Below are positions 1 to 12,217 of a DNA stretch of 38,230 nucleotides, in pieces (the stretch's first letter is position 1; each line of letters begins with the position of its first letter). The position numbers were made by a program, and so were the translations under genes. A model generated the notes under the pieces. The model did no database searches. It saw nothing but the letters and a program-made list of their open reading frames with translations, and was not told the origin of the DNA. The stretch comes from Octopus bimaculoides (Eukaryota): contig NC_068995.1 in the NCBI RefSeq assembly GCF_001194135.2, positions 23,789,120 to 23,827,349 of the forward strand. The letters are read 5' to 3'.

Positions 1-17
1 ATATATATATATATATA

Positions 18-338
18 CTTTTTACTCTTCTACTTGTTTCAGTCATTTGACTGAGGCCATGCTGGAGCACCGCCTTTAGTCGAGCAAATCGACCCCAAGA
101 CTTATTCTTTGTAAGCCTAGTACTTATTCTATCGGTCACTTTTGCCGAACCGCTATGTTACGGGGACGTAAACACACCAGCATCGGTTGTCAAGCGATGT
201 TGGGGTGGGGCAAACACAGGCACACAAACACACATATATATATACATATATACGACGGGCTTCTTTCAGTTTCCGTCTACGAAATACACTCACAGAGCTT
301 TGGTCGGTCCGAGGCTATAGTAGAAGACACTTGCCCAA
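18..338 (-). mobile_element. tRNA-derived SINE (octopus OK-like family), head missing
   Basis: Reverse complement matches the body of the copies at 10495-10809 and 14090-14453 (TTGGGCAAGTGTCTTCTACTATAGCC, GGAAACTGAAAGAAGCCCGTCG, ATGACTGAAACAAGTA). Family name is recalled, not verified. Confidence 0.8.
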
Positions 339-469
339 AATAATAATATTATAATATTATTCCCTAAGGTTTTTTTAAATATTCATAAATATTATATTAT
401 ACTATCGGCTACACCTTTAGTATTTCTGACACATATCGATTCTGGACTTATCAGGTAGGATTGAACCAA

Positions 470-1943
470 TAGACTGGAAATCATCATTGAAGGATATACC
501 TATTCCCTGTAAGAGAGAATATACAATAAATTTAATAGATCAAATTAAGAATTTTTTAAATAGAATAAAATGCAAGGCATACTTCCATGATAACAACAAT
601 TATAATACTAAGAATTTAAAAGATGAAGATTACTTTTAAAACAATTTTAAATCTAAGAAAGAACCCCCAAATAATAGGGCTTACAAGATTCCGAGCATAA
701 AATATGGAACGTGGTTAAAAATATCAAATTTAAAAAATATCCGAATAGACATAACGAGCACCTAAGAAACATACCGAATAAAATAAATAAATTGAAGAAC
801 ATGGAAGGAATAATAGTCCTATCGGATAAAACAAGGAACCTATATACACTAGATATACAGCTATATGATAACCTTCTAGAAAAAGAAATAACGAAAAAGT
901 ATAAAATTGTTAGTGAAGGTCAATTGAATAAGATTAACAATATATCTAAAAAAAAATCATGACGAAATATGATTTAGAAAATAGAACTAAATCATGTGCC
1001 CCTGTGCACCCTAGAATAACCATTAAGGACCATAAAAACTATTTTTATTCTAACCTTCAAGTAAGACTGATATGCCCATGTAAATCCGCTATAGGAAGAT
1101 TAAGTAAACTTATATTAGATAAATATATAGATAAGCTTAATAAAGTAAATAACCTTAAACTATTGAGTTGTGCCCGAGATACTTTTAATTTGTTCAATAA
1201 TATCAAAGATAAAAATAGGTGTAAATTCATCCAAATAGATATAGAAAATTACTATTCATCTATTAACGAGATTATTCTGAATAAGGCCCTTATATATGTT
1301 AAGGGAAAGGTTAATATGACAGATGATGAAATTAATGTTGTACTTACGGCGAGGAAATCCCTAATCAGATATAAAAATAAACTATGGGCTAGGAAGGACA
1401 CAAGGAATTGCTTCGATATACCCATAGGTGCTCCAGCTTCGGCATAAATAACAGATTTGGTAGGAATATACATATTGTCCGAACTTGGGTTAGAACATCT
1501 TAACTTTGAAGGAGATCTTTATAGGGATGACCTACTCCTGATAACGAAAAACTGCATGAATAGATCATTAGGAAATATAAAGAAAAAACTAAATGATTTT
1601 TTTAAGAATTATGGTCTAGATATATGTATAGAGAAAAAGCATTCTGTTGTTAACTACCTGGAAGTAAACCTAAACTTGGTGACAAATAGAACCCAACCAT
1701 TCCATAGATTAAACGAGAACCTAAAGTACATTAATGACCATAGCAACCATCCTAGCTCAGTCAAAAAAAGCACTAATAGAAAATATAGGTGAAAGAATTT
1801 CCATGTTATCTTCGGATATAGATACTTTTGATAAACAAGTCCCTTTCTATAATAGAGCCTTAAAAGAAGCAGGATATAATACTAAAATTAAATTCTACAA
1901 TAATAACGGAGAGGGTCCAAATAAAGAAGAAGTTGGAGGTTAA
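470..1943 (+). pseudogene. Decayed Penelope-like element reverse transcriptase (resembles Hydra-clade PLE RTs)
   Basis: Consecutive frameshifted ORFs with N-terminal SLKDIPIP...NRIKCKAYF, then FIQIDIENYYSSI, FDIPIGA, LYRDDLL (YxDD) and thumb-like YINDHSNHP...LKEAGY. Stops and frameshifts lie between segments. Confidence 0.85.
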
Positions 1944-2934
1944 AATATAAAATACGAAGAAAAAAAATACACAAATATAATAGAAGTCAAATCGGGGGGT
2001 GGGGGAGAGTACAATAAAGAAACAATAAGAAAAAATCCGGATAGTAAAGTAAGATGCATATAAGCTATTTAGAAGGGTTGGAGAAGAGTGGTAAAATATA
2101 AAAGTAAAGAAATAAAATAACAGAGTTAAAAATTAAGGGGGATAACAAAAAACATAAAAGTAGAAAAAAAGAGAAATAAAGAGAAATAAAGATAAAGAGA
2201 TCTAAAAGGGTGAGGTCGTAAATGACAGACATACATGATGCTGTGTCGGCCAAGACTAGTGATGGGTCATAAATAAATAACTTCAGGCTAAAGAAAACTC
2301 TCCTCCTAGCTCATATAAGCTAGTATTGTTTATTTAGCATTCACTCTACCCGGAATTGTGACACAATATGGACAGATTTCGGAGTACGGATGAACTTTTA
2401 TGTAAATGTATCAACTTAAAGGATAAAGATATTACAAGCTATATTACAATGGATATTACAATGGACAATACCAAGTGGACTCTCACCTTTTATCTTTCAT
2501 GTTTCTCCCTCTTTTACTTTGTTCTTGGTGACATATAATACTTGGTGACATATAATACTTGGGAAAGAATATATTTGCAGCTGAAGATAGCTTTATACCA
2601 TCCTGTCTATCAATTATATACCAATATAATGATGCAATGACTATAAAGCCTGAAACACGTGTACCGCGGAATCCTTTGTGTTCTGTTTTTATTTTTACGT
2701 TTATATATATATATATATATNNNNNNNNNNNNNNNNNNNNNNNNNNNNNNNNNNNNNNNNNNNNNNNNNNNNNNNNNNNNNNNNNNNNNNNNNNNNNNNN
2801 NNNNNNNNNNNNNNNNNNNNNNNNNNNNNNNNNNNNNNNNNNNNNNNNNNNNNNNNNNNNNNNNNNNNNNNNNNNNNNNNNNNNNNNNNNNNNNNNNNNN
2901 NNNNNNNNNNNNNNNNNNNNNNNNNNNTATATAT

Positions 2935-3368
2935 ATAATATAAATAATATATGAATATATGCATATATCCATACATATATGTACATACCTACATCTATAT
3001 GTATACATACATGCATATATGAGTACAAGACATTACAAAAAATGCTAAACACAATGAGAAACGAAAACAGAAAAGGAACTTTTTTTCGAACAACGAAACA
3101 AACAGAGAAACGAGCCGTGCAACATAAAGAATATTCCCGGACAGGGACAACTGATGAAGGGAAATATTCCTTATGCTGCATGGCTCGTTTGTCTGTTTTA
3201 TTCGTTGTTCTAAGAAAAGTTCGTTTTCTGTTTTCGTTTCTCATTGTGTTTAACGTTATTTTGTGATGTCCTATACCCATAAATGCATGTATGTATACAC
3301 ATAGATGTAGGTATGTATATATATATATGTATGGATACATGCATATATTTATATATTATTCATATTAT
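2935..3368. repeat. About 200-bp-arm imperfect palindrome, probably an inverted PLE pLTR pair
   Basis: Arms 2935-3138 and 3159-3368 are reverse complements (e.g. ACACAATGAGAAACGAAAACAGAAAA / TTTTCTGTTTTCGTTTCTCATTGTGT). The 20-nt loop 3139-3158 contains CTGATGA. Confidence 0.85.
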
Positions 3369-3407
3369 TATATGATCGAACGCCACGCATCCTTCTCCAA
3401 GTAAGTT

Positions 3408-3445
<38 letters not shown>

Positions 3446-4740
3446 CGATTTTTTCGTGTTTATCATTATAGGGACTAATCTGTAAAACAGATTAATTCAC
3501 CGTGTTGGTATTAGTCTCTGTGAATTTACAGGCGCGTTTACATCTGAATGTACACGTATTGCTTTGTTGAGTGGTATGCGTTCTTTTGCATAGCTTATGT
3601 ACGTGTGTTTGTAACTATGTGAATGTTTGTATGTGTGAATATGTGTGTGTACGTGTATATCTAAACAATGTGTAAGACATAAAGGAAATGGCAAACTACC
3701 GCCAAGTATATACTTGACACTGAAACACAAGAAACATACACAGAAAGCCCCCCATGTGTTTTAATCTGAGGTACTTATGATCTGGCATCTTTACTAATAT
3801 GCACTCTAGTATCATTTCAGATACAATTCTAATTGTGTAATAAATCAATGCTTCTCAACCGCTGTCCTTAGGGATCCACATAATATTTAACTGTTAAAAT
3901 TTATGTACAACTAATTAGTTGTAATTCTGCAACTCACAAAATATTTCAACAATTTTTTAATACAGTTGCCAATAATATTTAATAATAAAAAATATAATGG
4001 AACTTTTTTAAACAATGAATGTTTAGAGTCCATTAGAGTGAAATAGAAACCACTGGTATCAACAGGTAAAAAGATGGTTGAGAACCACCGGTGTAAATGA
4101 ACAAAAATATCAGCCAAATTTTCCCGAGATGTATTGTTAGGGCCAGAATACAATTAGGAGCGTAACAGTCTCTTGAACTCAGATTTATAAAATTCTCCAC
4201 TGCTCATTTAGTTTTATGAAATAAATAGAATAGCAGAACCTACACTTAATATATAGTTTCATCAATCCATGCACATAAACACTAGATATAATCGCTTTAC
4301 TCTTTACTATTGTAGACAATTGCAATAATTGTCATACAATTAACGGTATGTCTGTGTACATATATACAATCTGGCAAAAAATTATCTCCCGTGGTTGCTT
4401 CCCTTGGTTCTCTGATCTAGGGCATAGTTGTTTTAGAGTTAACTCAGTAATAGTTAGAAGTAGCGATGTTCCAGCAAAATTAGAGCATTAAAGAAAATTA
4501 TTGGTTACTCGTATATTGTGGTGGCTTGTAACCAACAAAATATGTCATTAGTATCGTTTCTTCATAAGCATTCCGGTCTTCCCGTGTATTGAGACAGTAT
4601 AATCCATTATGAAAGAGGTAAGAAGTGCTTTATATGAAATTGTGATGCTACTTCTGGAAGATCGAGTTACTGTGTACTTGCCTTCCTCCATATCTCGAAT
4701 GTTGTGTATTTGAAATCTTGAAATGATACTTCTTGGCGTT

Positions 4741-4854
4741 ATGAATATATGTGGGTGTGTGAATATATGTGTATGAATATATGTGTGTGTGTGTGAATAT
4801 GTGTGTGTGTGTGCGTGTGTGCGTGTGTGCGTGTGTGCGTGTGTGCGTGCGTGC

Positions 4855-4891
<37 letters not shown>

Positions 4892-4962
4892 TGCATGTGT
4901 GTGTGTGCATGTGCGCGCGTGCGTGTGCGCGCGTGCGTGTGCGCGCGTGCGTGTGTGCGTGT
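4741..4962. repeat. (GT)n/(GCGT)n compound alternating purine-pyrimidine microsatellite
   Basis: Directly visible. Confidence 0.95.
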
Positions 4963-5039
4963 ACCAAAGTAAGTACATAAATATGAAACAAGGTGCGGAA
5001 AAAATAGTACTCGAATAACTGAGGGAGAGTAATATGCTT

Positions 5040-5206
5040 TATTAAAGCTGCAAAAACATCACAAAAACATCACAAGATGCTGCTACACGGAGTTTCACGC
5101 TCCTGTTCGTCGGACTGTTTAGATTGAAACTGTCCAACAAACTGGGACGTGAAACTCTGAGTAGGAAATTTTTATGATATTTTAGTGATGTTTTGAAGCT
5201 TTAATA
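5040..5206. repeat. Imperfect palindrome carrying two decayed hammerhead-like motifs
   Basis: Left arm TATTAAAGCTGCAAAAACATCAC...GAGTTTCACG pairs with right arm CGTGAAACTC...GTGATGTTTTGAAGCTTTAATA. Confidence 0.75.
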
Positions 5207-5214
5207 ATAATAAA

Positions 5215-5215
5215 G

Positions 5216-5293
<78 letters not shown>

Positions 5294-5295
5294 GA
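5215..5295. repeat. (AGAT)n tetranucleotide microsatellite
   Basis: Directly visible. Confidence 0.95.
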
Positions 5296-5636
5296 CATAT
5301 AAACTTTGAGAACANNNNNNNNNNNNNNNNNNNNNNNNNNNNNNNNNNNNNNNNNNNNNNNNNNNNNNNNNNNNNNNNNNNNNNNNNNNNNNNNNNNNNN
5401 NNNNNNNNNNNNNNNNNNNNNNNNNNGTATATATATATGTATGTGTGTGTGTGTGTGTGCGAATGTACGTATGTATGCATGCATGTATGAATGTATGTAT
5501 GTTTGTATGTATGTATATGTATGTATAAAATATAACTAATAATGCAGGGTTATCAATCAGTGTAAAATACTTCATAACCTCTCTCTTGGCACACTAGATT
5601 AACAATATTCTTTCGATTAGTGGAGAACTCCAAGCA

Positions 5637-6918
5637 CGCTGGGGTACCCAAAAATAACCGGAAATCTTCTCTGTGAGACACACTCAATGTAGTTCAGGCT
5701 TCCGCCGCAAGTAGCCACTTGATGCGAACCTCAGCCGTCGTCGATTAGGGTCGTACTACCACGTGATACGTCTTTGTTTTACGGGTCCTCTCTTGTTCGT
5801 CGATTTTTGCAATGACTGAATTGAAGGAACAGCGTGCTTCCGTGAAATTCTGCTTTCTGCTGGGGAAAACGGCGTCCAAAAAAGTTGTCATGATTCCAAC
5901 AGATTACAAGGACGCTGCCATGAGCAGAACATAAGTTAACGAGTAGTAGGAATGGTCACTTGTCGCTTGAAGACCAATTTCGCTCAAGGTGACAATCGAC
6001 CTCCTGAACGAATGAAAACATCACGAAAATTCGTGAACTGATCTCGGAGGACTGTCGCCGAGCAATTGACGGACTTGCTGTTATGACTGCTGTGCCGTGA
6101 AGCTCCTGCCAAAGAATATTGAGCGAGAAATTGCGAATGAAGAGAATTGAAGCAGAATTTGTGTCTCGCTCGCTCACGGAAGATCAAAACAGTCACGACT
6201 AAATGCGTGTCGTGAACTGAAAGAACATTTGGAAGTTGATCCGGCCCTTTTTTGGAAGGTCATCAATGGCGACGAAAACTGGTGCTAAGGCTACGACCCG
6301 GAAACGGAGCTGCAATCAATTCACTGGTAGCATTCAATGTCACTACACTCCCAAAAAGCGCGCCCAGTGAAGTTCAATGTCAAGAGGATACTGATTTGTT
6401 TCATCGATGCAAAAGGAATTGTCCACAGAATTTGCTCCATCTGGTCATACTGTTAAAGAGACATTTTACTTGGCAGCATTTGCGAGACGCGGTGACCTGT
6501 GGCAAAGTGAAGAGTGGTGGTTTCATCACGACAATGCTCCTGCGCACACCGCTTTGAGTGTGAGACAGTTTTTGACCAAAAATGGCACGACTCCGCTTAC
6601 CCACCCTCCTTATACAACTAATCTGGCACCCTGCGACTGTTTTTTGTCCCTTACCCCTACCCACACCTCCCGAATGGAAAAGTCCTTAAAGGAAAACGTT
6701 TTGGAAATGTGGAAGAAGTTAAGAAAAAAAAAGACAGAGGCGTTAAAAGGCATCACTTTGCAAAAGTTCCAGCACTGCTTCGAACAGTGGAAAACGCATC
6801 TGGACTGATGCATTGCCTCAGACGGAGAATACTTTGAAGGCGATAAAAGTGTAAACATGTAAGATTAAGTGAATAAAATGATATTGCCTAATTCCGGTTT
6901 CTTTTGGGTACTCCCTCG
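5637..6918 (+). mobile_element. Full-length decayed mariner transposon (about 1.28 kb)
   Basis: Imperfect TIRs CGCTGGGGTACCCAAAAATAACCGGAAAT (5637-5665) and AATTCCGGTTTCTTTTGGGTACTCCCTCG (6890-6918). TA follows the right end; CA precedes the left end. An internal transposase remnant is present. Confidence 0.9.
5812..6862 (+). pseudogene. Mariner DD34D-type transposase pseudogene
   Basis: MTELKEQRASVKFCFLLGKT start, WFHHDNAPAH, HPPYTTNLAPCD (YSPDLAPCD motif), C-terminal GEYFEGD. Multiple stops and frameshifts. Confidence 0.9.
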
Positions 6919-7819
6919 TAATTTTATGGCAGGGTCCAAGTGTAGAGGTCAGCACAATTTTATATTGCAGAAAATAAATGAAAGTCAGTAGTAATCTTAT
7001 TGTGATGCAGAGGTTGAGAAAGCTCTGGCTAGCTAGAATATAAAATACTGATGTATTGAGAGACGTGAGGCTGAAATGAGATAAAGTCTAGTTGAGTTGT
7101 TAAAAGTCAAATAACATTGGAGGCCAGATATAATTTCAAAGTAAACTCATTAAAAGAGTTTTAAAAGAATTTTTAGATTTTAAACCATTAAACTGATTAA
7201 GGATTAAAATTTGAACCAGAGTAAAAAGTTTCTAAATTTAGCATTAAAACAAACATTAAAAAATTAAAACAGTTAAAATAATTTTAAGACATAATAGGTA
7301 ATACTAAAACAATGATGATGATGATGATGATGATGACGACGACAACAACAACAGCAACACCAATAATAATAATACTGATAAAATAACAATAAAATAATAA
7401 AACATAAGAAATAATGATAATGAGAAAATAAAACACAATAAAAACATAATTAAAAAATAATAAAACAAGAATAAAAAGGTAATTAAAAACTAGTAATAAT
7501 GAAATAAAAAAATAAAAAAGTAAAAACACGAAAAATATGTTTTAGAAATAGATATAAAAAAACATAAATATAATAAAATAAATTTTAAAAATTTAAAGGT
7601 TTTAAAATTTAACGAAATAAAAAATACCATATACATATATATAAAAAATGAGGTGATTCTCGTTTATCCCTTAGGCACCATGCCCATCCTGAGCTATGCC
7701 TCTTTTTTAGTGTTAAAGTTATTTAGAGAACCTGCCGAAAAATGCTTACAGCGTATGGCTAATTCATGCCAACAGTTACTAAGGTTACTCTCTGACGTAA
7801 ATATTTCGAATGATTCCTA

Positions 7820-7940
<121 letters not shown>

Positions 7941-8229
7941 CATCAGGGTAATAATATATTGTTCTTTCTAAAGCTCTTCTACGGGATTCAGCTACCATAT
8001 GCTATCATACAGGAGAAAATATTCTTTTACTGGATACACGTGGAAATCCGTTAATAGCCTAATACCCGCAGCATCCATAAAAAGAATTTTCATACGAGCA
8101 GATGGAATGTACAGGTTTCAGTCCAAATCACTACAACTGTTTTTGTGCACGGATGACAGTTAGTAATCATTGAGCGTTTCACATCTTATACATATTATTG
8201 CATTAATGTGATTCAACAATAGATATGTA

Positions 8230-8265
8230 GTTGCACGTCTTCAGGGGAGTATATGTGCGACAGCA

Positions 8266-8321
<56 letters not shown>

Positions 8322-8342
8322 ATAAATAATATACATAATATA

Positions 8343-8381
<39 letters not shown>

Positions 8382-8490
8382 ATAAATAATATACATAATA
8401 TACATATATATTGACATTTACACATATATGTACATATATATATGCATATATGGGTACAGGACGTCACAAAACTTAAACGGCATGAAATGC
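8230..8490 (-). repeat. pLTR-like fragment related to the 2935-3368 palindrome arms, interrupted by (TA)n
   Basis: 8443-8471 matches 3012-3040 at 25 of 29 positions. The minus strand has an isolated CTGAAGA core-like heptamer at 8238-8244. It lies directly upstream of the second PLE. Confidence 0.5.
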
Positions 8491-8559
8491 GAAGTACGAA
8501 AGCATGGAATACGCTATCACCATCAATAACAACAACAACAGACACAACCAAAGAGATGA

Positions 8560-9830
8560 TAACCAGAGAAATGATAGGGTAGAAAGTAGTACAACAGGTA
8601 TAAATCCCATTCAAGGGCCACATAATTAAATTTAATACCAAGATATACGTCCATGAGCAAGGTTCAGCCATCGGTGTCAGTATCGCTGACGATGTAGCTA
8701 GACTATTCATGGAATGGTGGGAAAGGAAACTCAGTGAGAAATTAGCAGAGAATTCCATAACTCTAACCATGTGCCATCGCTAAGTGAATGGTATCAACAT
8801 AGTAGCCAAAGCACCCCTACATGACAATGTTGATAATCTAGAAGCTAACACTATGGAGAGCTTTCAGCAAATAGCTAACTCCATCCACCAGAGTATCAAA
8901 ATAGCGATAGACTACCCTAGTTTTAGACACGGAACTCTAGTTGGAAACTAAGAACAATAAGTCCCAGATCCTTCACTCCCATTATGCCAAATTATGGCCT
9001 CAAAATACCTTGTCCACAAGAACACAGCCAGTGTAGAGAACTCCAAGTTCAATATTCTTGTAGCAGACTTGGTGAGAGTGATTAGGAAAGTGTCTCGCAT
9101 GTGCGAACCTATGGAATTGGAAAGACACATACAACACTTCATCCACCGCATGCAGTTCTCTGGCTACAACCAAAGTGTACAAATGAGCCAGGGTTAAGTA
9201 CAAAATCAATGATAGAGAATAATGCAAAGGGGATCTGCCTGCTATACAGGAGTAAATCCTGGAACAGCACAGAAAGGAGCAGAGTTAAGATAGATAAGGC
9301 CAACTCATGGTATGACAACAAAAAATACCAGAGTGTCATGTTCGTTGATGTTGCTAGCATACCTTTTCAGAAAATCATTAGATAAGGCCAATCTATGGAT
9401 TGAAGTAGTAGAAAGGGCTGATGCCTCCCATAAAATCCCTGATCTGTTGAACTTAACCCTTCGATAGGTCTCCATGTACGGAGAACAATTGTATGTAGGA
9501 TGAACCCACAAGTTAACTGTAATGATAGGAATATAGTGTACAGTTTACGATGTACTGAGGAACGGTGCAGAAGCATGACAGCAACATACATTGAAGAAGA
9601 GACAGCACGCAGCATATGGAAGCGTATAGGTGAACACTGGCCAGAGCTCAAAGAAGAGAAAGACTCGTCAGTGTTCTACCAACATGCTGAAGCAGAACAT
9701 AGAGGCTCAGTCAATAGCATAGAGATCAAAGAATTATCAACGCATAGAAATAACGCGACACTTAGATCAGAGAGGCTACACACATAGCAATTGACAGATT
9801 GACCTTCAACAGAAAACACGAATGGAACAA
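8560..9830 (+). pseudogene. 5'-truncated Penelope-like element: RT plus C-terminal GIY-YIG endonuclease, decayed
   Basis: FKGHIIKFNTKIYVHEQGSAIGVSIADDVARLFMEWWE; HR*VNGINI (decayed RYVDD); thumb HRMQFSGY; EN NIVYSLRC...C...TYIEEETARSIWKRIGEH...VFYQHAEAEH. Confidence 0.85.
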
Positions 9831-10370
9831 CTCACCACCACACAACATGACGACTAAAGACAGAAGAGAGAAAAAATAACAGGTACAAACAGTATAATAC
9901 ACCAATAATAGAAATATATGCACATACCTATGATAAATATAAGAACAAATAAGAGACAAAATAAACTGTATAAAGGGCACGAATACAAACAACATAGGAA
10001 GCGAACCAATATACACACACAAACACACATAGTAAATTCACAGACAGCCGCAACAACATCAACGAACACTAACAACAATGGCAGCAATAACAACAACAAC
10101 TACCGTAGTGACAACATCTACCATGGTGGCAGCAGTGTGAGCAAACACATAAACACAGTGAGATACAAGAACGGTACCAAAAGTTGGGCTGAAGGGCAGC
10201 AGCAGCGACAACGGCGTAAGGAACGGGGCTGAGGGGAAGGTCATAGTGCTACTAAGAACAATGACATACACACACACAGATGTGCGACGAAAGATTTCCG
10301 GACAAAGGACATGAGTTAGAATAAGAACAGTAATAAACGAGTGAAGAAGCAATGTATAGAGCTGTGTTTA

Positions 10371-10460
10371 TTTCTCACTGAGTCTCCTATCCTACCATTC
10401 CATAAATAGGTTAGCCACATCTTCAGCGATACTGACGCCGATGGCTGAACCTTGCTCATG
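10371..10460 (-). repeat. Inverted 90-bp copy of PLE RT segment 8652-8741
   Basis: 81 of 90 positions identical to the reverse complement of 8652-8741 (manual alignment). Confidence 0.9.
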
Positions 10461-10494
10461 CTATTAAATTATATATATATGTATATATATTGCC

Positions 10495-10809
10495 GCAGAA
10501 TAGCTGTATGGTGCTAAAGAAGCTACCTTCCCAACCACGTGGCTCCGGGTTCATTCTCACTGCGAGGCACTTTGGGCAAGTGTCTTCTGCCATAGCCTCG
10601 AGCCGACCAAAGTTTTGTGAGTAGATTTGGTGAAAGGAAACTGAAAGAAGCCCGTCGTATATGTATATATAGCAATGTCTGTGTGTCTGCGTTTGTCCTC
10701 TCCCATCACCACTTGACAACCGGTGTTGATGCGTTTGCATCCTGTAAATTAGAGGTTTCGCCCCAGCCTGGCCGCAGTCTTAATGACTGAAACAGGTAAA
10801 AGAAAAAAA
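10495..10809 (+). mobile_element. tRNA-derived SINE (OK-like), internally deleted
   Basis: Decayed head (CCAACCACGTGGCTCCGGGTTCA), shared body motifs and 3' end TGACTGAAACAGGTAAAAG. Confidence 0.8.
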
Positions 10810-10874
10810 GGTTACACACACATATACACACAATACATACTCACACATACATATCTATATGCACGCACACGTGT

Positions 10875-10916
<42 letters not shown>

Positions 10917-11039
10917 ATTGCCCCTATTTGTGGTCATTGCAATCAACATTGTTATTAATTCCCATTATCTTGCCGTTTTTTATTAATCCAACACTCTAAA
11001 TTTATTTCTATTGGATAAACAAACGCCACTACAAATTAA

Positions 11040-11530
11040 TCTTTTGTCAACTTTATCTCTCTGTCTCACCTTCTCTCTCGCCTTCTTTCTCTAACCCTCT
11101 CTTTCCTTTACTCTCTCCGTCTCTCTTTCTCTCTCTTTGTCTTTCTTTTTCTTTGTCTTTACCTTCCTTGAACCCTCCCTATACTTCTTTTTCACTGCCA
11201 CACTTCACTTTCTCTCTCTCTCTCACTCTCTTTCTCTCTCTCTCTCTCTCCCCCCCTTTCTCTCTCTCTCCCTCTCCCCCTTTCTCTCTCTCCCGCTCCC
11301 CCTTTCTCTCTCTCTCTCTCTCTCTCCCTCTCCCCCCTTTCTCTCTCTCTCTGTCTTCCCTCCGAATGTCTGAACACCAGCTCTTTCTCCCCTTACCTTA
11401 TTACTTTTTGTCTCTACCCCTCGAAACTTTATGACCTCTGTTTTTCTTTGTTTAGTTTTACCTCCTTCACTCTCTCTTCTTATCTCTGTTTTCCTCTCGG
11501 ACATATTTATTATTTCTTTCCTCTTCTGTC
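11040..11530. repeat. Polypyrimidine (CT)n/CCCCCTTT low-complexity tract
   Basis: Directly visible. Confidence 0.9.
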
Positions 11531-12186
11531 GTTCTTTAAAATTATTTTATTATATATTTTGTTTGCTGTGTAATTTTTTCGCACAACCAATTTTCTGTCT
11601 CGGCGGGAGGTCTCAATAATGTTAACTCATTATAAAAGCTTGACAACTGATGTCGCTTAATTGTCAAATAGTTTTCTAATACAGTGCTGGTTTCTCTCTC
11701 TTTAATATATATACATAATTCATCTGTTTAATAATAATCAGCCGCCCATTGCTTCCAGTCAGGCAAGCAGTTAGTCAGCCAAACAGCCAGCAGTGCGTTG
11801 GAAAGAGATATTTCGAGGCAACTGCCAGTTGTCCTGATTAATTTTCTGCTGTTATCGTGAAATAACATCTCGCTCGCTGCTAAGATAGTCGATGTTCGAA
11901 GCGACAAGCGAATCTAACAATAAACACAATAAATAATTTAAAATAAACATCAATTATATAATATTGTAATTAGAAAATAATATTTCGATTTTTCATTAAA
12001 TAAAATAAAGGAAAGCATTTACCTCACTCCCTCTATTTCTTTCTCTTCCCCTTTCACTATTTCTCCCCTTGTATGTGAATGTGTCTGTGTGTGAATGTAT
12101 ATATATATATATACATACATACATATATATACAAACATAATACACATATATATATATGTATATATATATATATAAACATAATACAC

Positions 12187-12217
<31 letters not shown>

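Noticed and set aside
421-460. Minus-strand CTGATAA-GTCC...GATA-TGTG-TC hammerhead-like remnant upstream of the first PLE
   Set aside because: Both core elements are mutated and stems I and II do not pair; too decayed to support.
4548-5575. Many ORFs rich in HT, CV, YI, poly-L, poly-I or poly-N (also about 7650-8050, 10700-13100, 18730-19070, 20690-21010, 25470-26200)
   Set aside because: They are translations of microsatellites with no domain signal.
8213-8770. 185-aa minus-strand ORF
   Set aside because: Antisense to the PLE RT and runs through (TA)n; a shadow frame.
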